64,000 bases of DNA. It comes from an uncultured bacterium (lineage in GTDB: Bacteria > Acidobacteriota > Thermoanaerobaculia > Multivoradales > JAHZIX01). This document shows positions 8,372-16,982 of this stretch, one piece after another. The notes below the pieces were generated by a model. It was not told the DNA's origin. It worked only from the letters and a program-made list of their open reading frames with translations, and made no database searches. The stretch spans positions 96,001 to 160,000 of the forward strand of contig CBDUPA010000011.1 of the NCBI GenBank assembly GCA_965368975.1. Reading direction: 5' to 3'. The position numbers and the translations under genes are program-made. How positions within the stretch are numbered: the first letter of the stretch is position 1; each line of letters starts with the position of its first letter.

Positions 8372-11041
8372 ATGCACCGATCTCTATGCCGGCACGCCCC
8401 GCTGTGGCCGCGTGTCGTCCTGGCTCTCGCCCTGGTTGTCGGCAGTGCTGGATTTGCGCCCCGGCTCGCCGCCCAGTCTGTACCCACCTTCGCCGAGGTT
8501 TCGGGCCACGCGTTCGGTGAGCGCATCACTGTGCACGCCGAGATGGTGCGCTATCTGGAGCGGCTGGCCGAGGTATCGGACCGCGTACAAATGATCGACC
8601 AGGGTGCCTCCTGGGAAGGTCGCGCCTTGCTGGTGGCCGTGGTGACGTCGCGGGAGAACCATGCCCGACTGGACGAGATCCGCGCCAACGCACAAGCCCT
8701 GGCAGATCCTCGCGCCTTGGATGCCGAGAGTGCGGCGCAGATCATCGAGAGCCAGCCGGCCATCGTCTGGCTGGGCGGTTCGATCCACGGCTTCGAGCTG
8801 AGCGGCAGTGAGGGGCTGCTCAAGTTGCTCGAACGCCTGAGCACGGCTGACGACGAGGCGACCCTGAAGGCGCTCGACCAAACCGTGGTGCTGATCGATC
8901 CGATGCTCAACCCTGACGGCCGCGATGCCTTCGCCCATTTCAACCACGCGCGTCTCGGCGGCGATCCAAATCCGCATCCGAACGATTGGTCCAATGACTT
9001 CACCTCCTGGGAAGCGCTGGGGTTCCGCACCGGTCACTACTTCTTCGATACCAACCGTGACTGGTTCGCTCAGACGCAGCTGGAGACTCGGCGGCGGGCT
9101 CCGACGTGGTTGCAATGGCGCCCGCAAGTCATCGTTGACGCACACGAGATGGGTGCCGACATGGAGTTCTTCTTCGATCCGCCCACCGAGCCGGTGAGCC
9201 CTCTCTACCCGGCTTTCTCCAGCCGCTGGCACGAGATCTTCGGCGCCGCCTATGCCGAAGCGTTCGACACCGCCGGCTTCGAATACACCACGCGCGATCT
9301 GTTCAACTACTTCTATCCCGGCTACAGCACCGCCTGGGGTAGTTACCAGGGAGCCGTCGGTCTGCTATTCGAGCAAGGCTCCAGCCGCGGCCTGGCGCTG
9401 ACCCGTGGTGACGGCACCACGCGCACGCTGCTGAATGCTACCGAGCAGCAGTACGAGGCGTCCTGGACCACCGTCCGCACGGCCGCCGAGCGTCGCCAGG
9501 AGCTGCTACAGGAGTACTACCAGAGCCATCGTGAAGCCCTTGCAGATGGCGCCCAGGGCGTACGTCGCTATCTGCTGAGCGGGGACTCCGACCCCTACTT
9601 GCTGGCCGAGGCGGTCGGCTTGTTGAAGCGCAATGGCATCGAGGTCCATCGCCTGACCGAGGACGTGCGCCTGAGCGGCGTGCGCGACCGCATCGGTGGT
9701 GAGACGGGGGAGCACACCTTCGCCGCCGGTACCTTCGTGATCGAGGCCGCGCAGCCACGCAGCCGCCTAGTCCGCAACCTGCTCGAACCGTCCGTCGAGA
9801 CACCGGCCGAGTTTCTGGCCGCCGCCCGCGAGCGGATCGACCGCGGTGAAGGCGCCCGCTTCTACGACATGACTGCCTGGTCGCTGCCGCTGCTGTTCAA
9901 TCTCGACGGCTACAGCTCCACCGACGGTCGCACCCTGCCGGCCGAGCACGTCGACACCGGCTCGCGCGTCGTCCAGGACATGCCGACGCCGCGCTACGCG
10001 TACGTGCTGCCCGGCGATCAGACCGCGTCGATCGCCGCCGCCTGGCATCTGCGCCGTCAGGGCTACCGCGTCATGGTCACGGGTCCCACCGCGACCCGCG
10101 TTGCCGGCCAAGATATCCCTGGAGGCAGCGTCGTGGTCCGTGTGCGTCAGGAGGCCGAACCGCAAACCGCTGCCCTGCCGGCCGCCATTCGAGATCTCAG
10201 CCGCCGCTATCGCCTGCGCGTCCTCGGCCTCGACACCGGGCGTCCGGACGGCCCAAGTCATCTGGCGCTCGGCTCGCGCGAAACGGTGCGCCTGCGGCCC
10301 GGCCAGGTCGGCCTCCTGGCGGAAGAGCCGTTCAGCGGCTATTCCTTTGGCTGGGCCTGGTACACCCTGGAGCGTCAGTACGGCATCCCCACCCTGGTTC
10401 TACGCTCCCGCTCGCTGGCGGAGCGTTCACTGGAAGACATCGAAGTCCTGGTGATCCCGGACACCTTCGGGTCACCGGCACGTGTCCTGGGTGAGGGGGG
10501 CATGGACCGCCTACGCCGCTGGGTGCGCGACGGTGGAACCTTGATTGCTCTCGGCGGTGCCGTCGAATTCGTGCGCAATGATCTCGAGCTGATCCAGCTG
10601 CGCTCCTGGTACCCGGACCCTTCGGGAGACTCCGGGCCTGATGGCGAGGACGCTGAACAGCCCCGGCGCTTCACGGTTCCGGGCGCCTTCCTCAACGGCC
10701 AGCTCGACACCTCCTCCTGGCTCACCGCCGGCTATCAGGACGAGCAGCTACCGTTCCTGGTGTTTTCCAGCCGTATCTACCAGGCGCCCAGCGGTCCGCC
10801 GAATGGGGGTCGTCGCGCCGTGGTCACCTTCCCCCAGGCGGACGAGGGCGAGCTGGTGCTCGCCGGCCACACCTGGGACGAGAGTGACGAACGTCTACCG
10901 GGCGCCGTCGGTGTCTACGTCGAGTCCGTCGGTGCCGGTCGCGTCGTGGCCTTCGCAGAGGACCCAAACTTCCGAGGTTACTGGCGCGGTGCCGACCGCC
11001 TGTTCCTGAATGCAGTGGTGCTGGGGCCGAGTGGTCCCTGA
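8372..11041 (+). CDS. Exported M14-family zinc carboxypeptidase with C-terminal class I glutamine-amidotransferase-like domain
   Basis: GGAGG RBS before ATG 8372; signal peptide; SIHGFE (HxxE), NPDGR, DTNRD, DAHEMG; 'WVRDGGTLIALG' C-terminal domain. Confidence 0.85.
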   Translation: MHRSLCRHAPLWPRVVLALALVVGSAGFAPRLAAQSVPTFAEVSGHAFGERITVHAEMVRYLERLAEVSDRVQMIDQGASWEGRALLVAVVTSRENHARLDEIRANAQALADPRALDAESAAQIIESQPAIVWLGGSIHGFELSGSEGLLKLLERLSTADDEATLKALDQTVVLIDPMLNPDGRDAFAHFNHARLGGDPNPHPNDWSNDFTSWEALGFRTGHYFFDTNRDWFAQTQLETRRRAPTWLQWRPQVIVDAHEMGADMEFFFDPPTEPVSPLYPAFSSRWHEIFGAAYAEAFDTAGFEYTTRDLFNYFYPGYSTAWGSYQGAVGLLFEQGSSRGLALTRGDGTTRTLLNATEQQYEASWTTVRTAAERRQELLQEYYQSHREALADGAQGVRRYLLSGDSDPYLLAEAVGLLKRNGIEVHRLTEDVRLSGVRDRIGGETGEHTFAAGTFVIEAAQPRSRLVRNLLEPSVETPAEFLAAARERIDRGEGARFYDMTAWSLPLLFNLDGYSSTDGRTLPAEHVDTGSRVVQDMPTPRYAYVLPGDQTASIAAAWHLRRQGYRVMVTGPTATRVAGQDIPGGSVVVRVRQEAEPQTAALPAAIRDLSRRYRLRVLGLDTGRPDGPSHLALGSRETVRLRPGQVGLLAEEPFSGYSFGWAWYTLERQYGIPTLVLRSRSLAERSLEDIEVLVIPDTFGSPARVLGEGGMDRLRRWVRDGGTLIALGGAVEFVRNDLELIQLRSWYPDPSGDSGPDGEDAEQPRRFTVPGAFLNGQLDTSSWLTAGYQDEQLPFLVFSSRIYQAPSGPPNGGRRAVVTFPQADEGELVLAGHTWDESDERLPGAVGVYVESVGAGRVVAFAEDPNFRGYWRGADRLFLNAVVLGPSGP

Positions 11042-11044
11042 GCG

Positions 11045-11734
11045 TCAACCGGGTGCGGCTCCGGTCACGATGCGGCGCACGATCATGTAGACGATGCCAC
11101 CGATCAGGCCGCCGACGTTGAACGCCACGTGCACCACGACGGCTGGCAGCAAACTACCACTGACTTCCCGGAAGTACGCCGCGGCGAAGCCGAGCGCCGT
11201 CGTGGCGACGACCAGGATCACGCAGGTCCAGACATCGGCGCCGATGAAGAAGAGCGACAGGTGCATGGCACCGAAGACCAGAGCACTGGTCGGAACAGCT
11301 GTCCCCAGGCGGCTTCCATCGCTCGCGGACCGAACCCAGCTCTGGATCAGGCCGCGGGTGAAGATCTCTTCGGTAAAGCTGGACCAGAGCCAGACCCACA
11401 AGACCAGTTGGGGTAGCGTGAAGCCCTGCAGCATGGGATGACCTTGGGCGGGTGTGGCCAGGATCGCGACGGTGGTCAAGGCTCCCAGCAGCAGGCCGAT
11501 CCCGGTGATCTTGCGCCAGGCCGTGCCCGGGGCGGCGCGAAAGCCGAACTCGGCAAAGCTGCGCTTGTCGACCGCCATCAGCAGCAGACTGACGACCAGC
11601 ATTGCGGCCTTGAGCAGAGCGTGCTGATCGATGGTATCGAGGTCGCGGCCGAGCGAGCCGAGTCCCCAGCTGAGCCCACCGAAGAGCATGAGAGCCAGTA
11701 CGAAAGCGGTGACCGGATGCAGCGAAGGTCTCAT
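11045..11734 (-). CDS. CPBP/Abi (CAAX-protease-like) intramembrane glutamic endopeptidase
   Basis: EEIFTRG, FGAMH and HVAFN motifs in a multi-TM protein; 4-nt overlap with upstream regulator. Confidence 0.9.
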   Translation of the reverse strand: MRPSLHPVTAFVLALMLFGGLSWGLGSLGRDLDTIDQHALLKAAMLVVSLLLMAVDKRSFAEFGFRAAPGTAWRKITGIGLLLGALTTVAILATPAQGHPMLQGFTLPQLVLWVWLWSSFTEEIFTRGLIQSWVRSASDGSRLGTAVPTSALVFGAMHLSLFFIGADVWTCVILVVATTALGFAAAYFREVSGSLLPAVVVHVAFNVGGLIGGIVYMIVRRIVTGAAPG

Positions 11735-12594
11735 GACCGGGTCCTTTCTGGAGCCATGCCCAGGCGTCGGAAAAGCTGTCGTTGGCCGGGTAGCTCGGTG
11801 TTGTGAAAGAAGCGCTGCCGTTCGAGCAACTCAGCGAACGGCGGAGGCAAGGGGTGCTGATCGTGCAACTCGGCGATGGCGTGGTACGTCTGCTCCATGC
11901 CCAGGCCGGCATGGAGCAAGCAGGCGAGATACAGGCTGTCCGTCCAGAGAGCTTGATGGACCTCGCTCAGGTCCTCGTGCAACAGGGCTAGCAAAGCCTC
12001 TCTGGCATCCACCGCGACGTTGAGCTGTTGACTTCGCCAGAAGCTGCGCACGCGCTCGTGCTGCCAGGTCAGTGTCACCTGACAGCCAGCAAGATCGACG
12101 GGATCGTAGGCCTGTACGTAGACTTCGACCCCACGTGCCGCGGTTTCCTGGAGCTGTTGACGAAGACCCTCAAGGGTCTCGGGGAACGCATCGACGACCG
12201 CCATCTTGCTCGCCCGCTGGAGCATCGCACTGGCCCGCTCCAGCACCGCCGGCACGGTCCGTAGTTGGTAGATGCGTTCCTGTGCGGCAGCTGGTTGGAG
12301 GTCCCGGAGCTCCTCGGCCGCCCGCTGCTTCTGCTCTCGGAACTGACGCTCCAGCTGACCGAGGAACTCGTCCACCGGCGCGGCGCGGCAGCGACGTGGT
12401 TCGCCCTGTTCGAGGGTGACCGCACCTTTGAGCGCCAGAGCTTCGATCGCCTTGTAGACGTTGGCCGTCGCCTTCCCGAGCGCCTTGCCGACGCGGTAGG
12501 CCGTCTCGGGTTCCGCCTGGGATAGAAGGTGCGTGTAGACCTCGGCTTCCAACTGATTGAGGCCGAGTTCACGGAGTGTCTCGAGGGTAGCCAT
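11731..12594 (-). CDS. TrmB-family transcriptional regulator
   Basis: N-terminal 'LRELGLNQLEAEVYTHLL...VYKAIEALALKG' winged HTH typical of TrmB, followed by effector-binding-like domain. Confidence 0.85.
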   Translation of the reverse strand: MATLETLRELGLNQLEAEVYTHLLSQAEPETAYRVGKALGKATANVYKAIEALALKGAVTLEQGEPRRCRAAPVDEFLGQLERQFREQKQRAAEELRDLQPAAAQERIYQLRTVPAVLERASAMLQRASKMAVVDAFPETLEGLRQQLQETAARGVEVYVQAYDPVDLAGCQVTLTWQHERVRSFWRSQQLNVAVDAREALLALLHEDLSEVHQALWTDSLYLACLLHAGLGMEQTYHAIAELHDQHPLPPPFAELLERQRFFHNTELPGQRQLFRRLGMAPERTRS

Positions 12595-12598
12595 GTCA

Positions 12599-12629
12599 GT
12601 AGCATAAATTTATGCTACCCTGATGTCAA
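12599..12629 (-). promoter_or_regulatory. Sigma70 promoter (TTGACA-17-TATGCT) with overlapping perfect 20-bp palindromic operator
   Basis: Minus strand -35 TTGACA 12629-12624, -10 TATGCT 12606-12601; palindrome GTAGCATAAATTTATGCTAC 12599-12618. Confidence 0.8.
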
Positions 12630-12716
12630 GGAAGGGAATCTACCAAGACAAGGAGACTTCCAACTCGTGGGGAGGGCACAGTCCCGCGGTTCTCGAGGGA
12701 TGTCTTCTGTGCCGGG

Positions 12717-13979
12717 TCAGCTCGTCAGTACGATCCGGCCTGCCTTGACCACCGTTCGCACAGGGTTGACACCGAAGTGATACCCGAGATGGTCGAGGTT
12801 GGGGGCGTCGAGCAGCACGAGATCGGCACGCTTACCGGCCTCGATCGTGCCGATCTCTGCACCCTTGCCAAGCACACAGGCTGGGTTCAGCGTCACGGCC
12901 ACCAGGGCTTCCTCGATCGACAGTTTCAGTTTGAAGACGCCTAGCCAGAGAATGAACAGCAGGGACTCGGTGTGGGAGGAACCCGGGTTGCAGTCGGTCG
13001 CCAGAGTCAACGGGACGCCGGCCTCGATCAAGCGGCGGGCGGGAGCGTAGTCGTCTTTCATCAAGAAGAAGCTGACGCCCGGCAGCATCCCCGCGGCGAC
13101 GCCAGCTTCGGCCATGGCGGCGATGCCGGCATCCGAGACGGCGACGAGGTGATCCGCGGTGGCGGCGCCGAGTTCGGCGGCCAGGGTCGCGGCGCCCGAA
13201 TCGACGAACTCGTCGGCGTGCAGGCGAGGCACCATGCCATGGCGGCGGCCGGCTTCGAGCACGCGCCGGCTCTGCTCGACGGTATAGACGCCCTGTTCGC
13301 AGAAGACATCGCAGAAGTGGGCCAGGCCCTGTTCGGCGGCGGCGGGGGTGATCTCCTCACACACGATGTCCACGTAGCGGTCGCGGTCGTCGCGGTACTC
13401 GGGAGGGAACTCGTGCGCCGCCAGCAACGTGGGTATGACGTCGATGACGTGCTCGGCAGCGGCGCTGCGGGTCGCGCGAAGCTGTTTGAGTTCGTCGTCC
13501 AGGCTCAAGCCATAGCCGCTCTTGACCTCGGCGGTCGTCGTGCCCCCGCGCAACATGTGGTCGAGGCGGGTGCGGGTCAGGGCGGCGAGTTCGGGCTCTG
13601 AGGCCTCGCGCGTCGAGCGCACGGTCGACAGGATGCCGCCGCCAGCCGCGGCGATCTCCAAGTAGGTCTTGCCGGCGAGTCGTTGCCCGAACTCCGTCTC
13701 GCGGCTGCCGCCCCAAGGCAGGTGTGTATGGCTGTCGACAAGACCGGGCACCAGTGTACCGCCCTGACCATCCAGTCGTGCCGTGCCGTCGAGGTCACCG
13801 AACTGCTGCCCGCGCTCGTCGGGAGTTCCGACGAAGATGATGCGGTCCTCCCTGCACAGCACCTCGACACCTTGGCGGCGCCGCACGCGTGCCTGGTCAG
13901 CACCGCTCAGCAAGCTCGTTCCTTCGGCACTCGCCACCTCACCCAGGTTCTCGATCAACAGCTGCCGTGTGGTGTCCAT
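12717..13979 (-). CDS. hutI: Imidazolonepropionase
   Basis: PGLVDSHTH, GGGILSTVRSTR, EVKSGYGL, DVFCEQG, LHADE, ADHL, ATDCNPGSS. Confidence 0.95.
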   Translation of the reverse strand: MDTTRQLLIENLGEVASAEGTSLLSGADQARVRRRQGVEVLCREDRIIFVGTPDERGQQFGDLDGTARLDGQGGTLVPGLVDSHTHLPWGGSRETEFGQRLAGKTYLEIAAAGGGILSTVRSTREASEPELAALTRTRLDHMLRGGTTTAEVKSGYGLSLDDELKQLRATRSAAAEHVIDVIPTLLAAHEFPPEYRDDRDRYVDIVCEEITPAAAEQGLAHFCDVFCEQGVYTVEQSRRVLEAGRRHGMVPRLHADEFVDSGAATLAAELGAATADHLVAVSDAGIAAMAEAGVAAGMLPGVSFFLMKDDYAPARRLIEAGVPLTLATDCNPGSSHTESLLFILWLGVFKLKLSIEEALVAVTLNPACVLGKGAEIGTIEAGKRADLVLLDAPNLDHLGYHFGVNPVRTVVKAGRIVLTS

Positions 13980-13983
13980 TCGC

Positions 13984-14727
13984 TTAATCCTCCGCTGTAT
14001 CGAGGCCGACCTTCTGCCGGCCCAGGTCGTGAATCTGCGTGTCGAGCCAGCTCTCGACCTGCGTCCAGCTCAAGGTGCCCACTTCGGCCACCCGTGCAGC
14101 GGACAGCCGAGGCATGGGCTCGCCGCCGATCAGCGAGCGGTCCGCCAGCCCCTTGAGCGCTTGTAGCGGGAAGTCGCGTACGTGCCCGAACTTGTCTTCG
14201 GAGCGCTGCAGAAGTTCGGCCAGCGGTAGCAAGTGGCACAGAAGGTAGAGGTCGACGAAATCGCGCCGTGTGCCGCGGCTGATGATGGCGCCCAGCTTCA
14301 TCAGGCCGAGGTCGACCAGCGAGGCGACCTGCAGGCCATCGAAGAACTCCTCCGGGTCGACCAGCGGGTACGGATAGTAGAAGAAGCGTAGCGCGATGCC
14401 GGCGCCGGTGCGCACGTAGAGGAAGCCGTCGCGCGCGGTCTCGACCCTGAGGTCGGGGTCGAGCTCCAGCAGGTCAAAGAGCAGATCGCGTCGGTCTGGA
14501 CTTGCCAGGCGATTGAACTGCGACATCAGGTCGAGGCTGTGAGCTTCGCGGTGCCCGATGTGCAGTGTCAGCGCGCTGGAACCGGCGAGGTAGAAATCCT
14601 CTGCCCAGGGACGCGTGGCGAGGCGCTCTATCCAGGCGCGCAGGTCGGTGGGGATCTGCTGTTCATGCTGCAAGGGGTCGGCTCCAGGCGGTTCTTCAGG
14701 AGGTAGCGACAAGGGGGGCAGAGTCAC
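13984..14727 (-). CDS. AbiEii/AbiGii-like nucleotidyltransferase (type IV TA toxin family), possibly degenerate
   Basis: FYLAGSSALTLHIGHRE..LD and MKLGAIISRGTRRDFVDLYLL resemble the family consensus FYLAGGTAL..GHR.S.DLD / MK..AI..RG..KDF.DLY. Confidence 0.8.
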   Translation of the reverse strand: MTLPPLSLPPEEPPGADPLQHEQQIPTDLRAWIERLATRPWAEDFYLAGSSALTLHIGHREAHSLDLMSQFNRLASPDRRDLLFDLLELDPDLRVETARDGFLYVRTGAGIALRFFYYPYPLVDPEEFFDGLQVASLVDLGLMKLGAIISRGTRRDFVDLYLLCHLLPLAELLQRSEDKFGHVRDFPLQALKGLADRSLIGGEPMPRLSAARVAEVGTLSWTQVESWLDTQIHDLGRQKVGLDTAED

Positions 14728-15053
14728 AGGGGCCAGAGAGCGTCACGGGTCGAAGCGTCGTGGTCCGAAGCCGTCGGGTTGGAAGCTGTCGAGTCCGAGA
14801 ACGACGGTGGCAGGTCGAGCAAGCGTTGCCAGAAGAGGTAACTGCGCCGGGACAGTTGTCGCTTGCCGCGTTGCTCCAGCCACTCTCCGAGCCGGGCTTC
14901 GGAGACGCGCTGCGTCAGCCAGCGTAGATCGGCCTCTTCACCCTCTTCTAGTACGCGGCCGATGACGAAGTCGGAGACGGGTTCCGCGGGCCCTGGCAGT
15001 ACGCCTACGCTGTGCAGGGGGAAGAGGCGGGGCGTCTGTGCGGGGTAGGGCAC
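14724..15053 (-). CDS. Small DUF6922-like protein (putative antitoxin partner)
   Basis: FVIGRVLEEG...LRWL...LSRRSYLFW motif; 4-nt overlap with the AbiEii-like gene. Confidence 0.65.
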   Translation of the reverse strand: MPYPAQTPRLFPLHSVGVLPGPAEPVSDFVIGRVLEEGEEADLRWLTQRVSEARLGEWLEQRGKRQLSRRSYLFWQRLLDLPPSFSDSTASNPTASDHDASTRDALWPL

Positions 15054-15069
15054 TGTCCAGCCGCCAGGG

Positions 15070-15810
15070 TCAAGCCATCGGGGGCCGGCGCCGTCCGAAA
15101 ATGGCCGTGCCGACGCGTACGTGTGTTGCGCCCTCTTCGATGGCGACCTCGAAGTCGTTGCTCATGCCCATCGAGAGAAGTCCCGGAAAACCGCGCCATG
15201 CCGGATGCGCCGCGAGGTCATCGCGCAGCTGGCGCAGCTGCACGAACCAGGGACGGCTCGCCTCGGGGTTGTCGCTGAACGGCGGGATCGCCATCAGGCC
15301 GACGAAGTCGAGGTGTTCGAGGTCTGTCAGTGGTGCGACGCGGTCGAGCAACCCGTGCGCGGGGAAGCCGTGCTTGCTATCCTCGCCCCCGAGGTTGACC
15401 TCGAGGAAACAGCGGAGCCGGCGGTTCTGTGCCGCCGCCTCGCGGTCGAGAAGCCGGGCGATCTTGACTCGGTCGACGGCGTGGATGGTGTCAAAGAGCG
15501 CGGCAGCACGCCTGGCCTTGTTGCTCTGCAACGGCCCGATCAAGTGCCACTCGACATCTACCGGCATGGCCGGCACCTTGTCCTCGGCCTCCTGGACCCG
15601 ATTCTCGCCGAACACGCGCAGCCCAGAGGTATACGCGTGCTGGAGTTTCTCCAGCGGCTGTGCCTTGCTGACGCCGACCAGCGTCACCTGCGATATGTCG
15701 CGGCCCGCGCGCTCGCAAGCCTCACCGATCCGCCCCTGGATTGCTGCCAGCCGCTCGGCCAGGCCGCCATCCGCCGTCGTGAAGCCGGGCGTGGAAGCGT
15801 CCGAGGTCAC
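15070..15810 (-). CDS. yggS: YggS-family PLP homeostasis protein
   Basis: VGVSK, FGENRVQE, WHLIGPLQSNK, GLMAIPP, LSMGMSNDFEVAIEEGATHVRVGTAIFG. Confidence 0.96.
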   Translation of the reverse strand: MTSDASTPGFTTADGGLAERLAAIQGRIGEACERAGRDISQVTLVGVSKAQPLEKLQHAYTSGLRVFGENRVQEAEDKVPAMPVDVEWHLIGPLQSNKARRAAALFDTIHAVDRVKIARLLDREAAAQNRRLRCFLEVNLGGEDSKHGFPAHGLLDRVAPLTDLEHLDFVGLMAIPPFSDNPEASRPWFVQLRQLRDDLAAHPAWRGFPGLLSMGMSNDFEVAIEEGATHVRVGTAIFGRRRPPMA

Positions 15811-16571
15811 GCGTCGACGTCCCCTTCGTTGTCTTCCGCAGGCACGAAGAGAATCCGCTTGCAGCTCTCACACAGGTTGATGCCGCCAGCACCGTTGATC
15901 TCGACCACCGTCTGCGGCCGTACGCGGTAGTTGCAGGCGCCGCAGTGGTAGATGTCGGGACCCTTGCCGCCGGTGCGCTGCAAGCGCAGGACAGCCGCAG
16001 TGGCCTGACCGTTCTGGCGCTCCAGGATACGCTCGAACTGGCGCAGCGTGCCACGTGGTAGCTCGCCCCGCAGGGATTTGACCAGCTTGTGCAGCTTGTT
16101 CGCTTCCTTGGTGACCTTGGGTTTCTCGGCTTCCCATTTGGCGTACTCGGTCTGGTAGCGGTTCTCCAGCTCTACGAAGGTCTCGCGCTTCTCCTCCAGG
16201 GCCGACTCCGCTGTCTCTTTGCGCTCCAGGGAGTCCTTGCTGGTCTCTCTGAGGGCATCGAGACTCGTCTTGGTGGTGTCGATCTCCTGCAGCAGGGCAC
16301 CGTACTCGCGCTGCGTCGAGACGTCGTTCATCTGCTGCTGATAGTGCTTCAACCGCTCATCCAGCTCCTGCATCTGCAGCTCAGCCTGACGCCGCTCGCT
16401 GGCAGCCTCTTCGGCGGCTTGCTCCAACTGGTCAATCTCAGCCTTCTGCTCGCTGTACTCTTCGTGCAGCTCGAGCATCCAGTCCGGCACGTTTTCGAGG
16501 CGGCGCTCGGTATCGCGGAGCAGATCGAGGGATTTTTGAAGTTCGACGACTAGCGGAAGAAGCTGACTCAT
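15807..16571 (-). CDS. Coiled-coil + C4 zinc-ribbon protein (CT398/DUF164-like)
   Basis: Long coiled coil with REYGALLQEI; C-terminal CGAC...CESCKRILF. Confidence 0.88.
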   Translation of the reverse strand: MSQLLPLVVELQKSLDLLRDTERRLENVPDWMLELHEEYSEQKAEIDQLEQAAEEAASERRQAELQMQELDERLKHYQQQMNDVSTQREYGALLQEIDTTKTSLDALRETSKDSLERKETAESALEEKRETFVELENRYQTEYAKWEAEKPKVTKEANKLHKLVKSLRGELPRGTLRQFERILERQNGQATAAVLRLQRTGGKGPDIYHCGACNYRVRPQTVVEINGAGGINLCESCKRILFVPAEDNEGDVDA

Positions 16572-16610
16572 CTTGCAGGCTCCGAGAGACAGAGAAGGGC
16601 TGTGGAGAAC

Positions 16611-16685
16611 GGCACTCTGGGCTTCGAGATCGGCGGTTTCGAGGCTCTGGGTTTCGAGATTGAGAGATTCGAGACGCTGGGGCTC
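16611..16685. repeat. Degenerate 15-bp tandem repeat (5 units) in intergenic DNA
   Basis: ggcactctgggcttc / gagatcggcggtttc / gaggctctgggtttc / gagattgagagattc / gagacgctggggctc. Confidence 0.6.
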
Positions 16686-16816
16686 GGTGTAGTAGGGATC
16701 GGGAGGTTCGGATGGGGGCCCAGGACTCGCGTCGAGGTCCGAGCGAAAGGCGAGCAGGTGCTGGTTGCAGAAGACAACTGGCTGAATCCCAAGATCTGTA
16801 GAGTTCCCGCTATCAG

Positions 16817-16892
16817 TGGTGGGTCCACCAGGATTTGAACCTGGGACCAGCCGGTTATGAGCCGGATGCTCTGACCGCTGAGCTATGGACCC
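16817..16892 (-). tRNA. tRNA with CAT anticodon, probably tRNA-Ile2 (lysidine-modified); elongator Met not excluded
   Basis: Acceptor stem GGGTCCA/TGGACCC + ACCA; anticodon arm CCGGCT-CAT-AACCGG; T-loop GTTCAAATC; lacks the initiator C1:A72 mismatch and GGG/CCC anticodon stem. Confidence 0.9.
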
Positions 16893-16940
16893 AAGATGTC
16901 GGGGTGGGAGAGCGTAGCCTCCCTGATGTCCGGACTTTCC

Positions 16941-16949
16941 AGTATACCA
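16941..16949 (-). promoter_or_regulatory. Probable extended -10 promoter of the tRNA / zinc-ribbon / yggS unit
   Basis: TGGTATACT on the minus strand about 50 nt upstream of the tRNA. Confidence 0.5.
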
Positions 16950-16982
16950 TCGCGACCGGCGGATCTGGGGACCCAGTGGCGA

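Noticed and set aside
16568-16828. 86-aa ORF upstream of the zinc-ribbon gene
   Set aside because: It starts inside the tRNA and is explained by the 15-bp repeat; no RBS or family features
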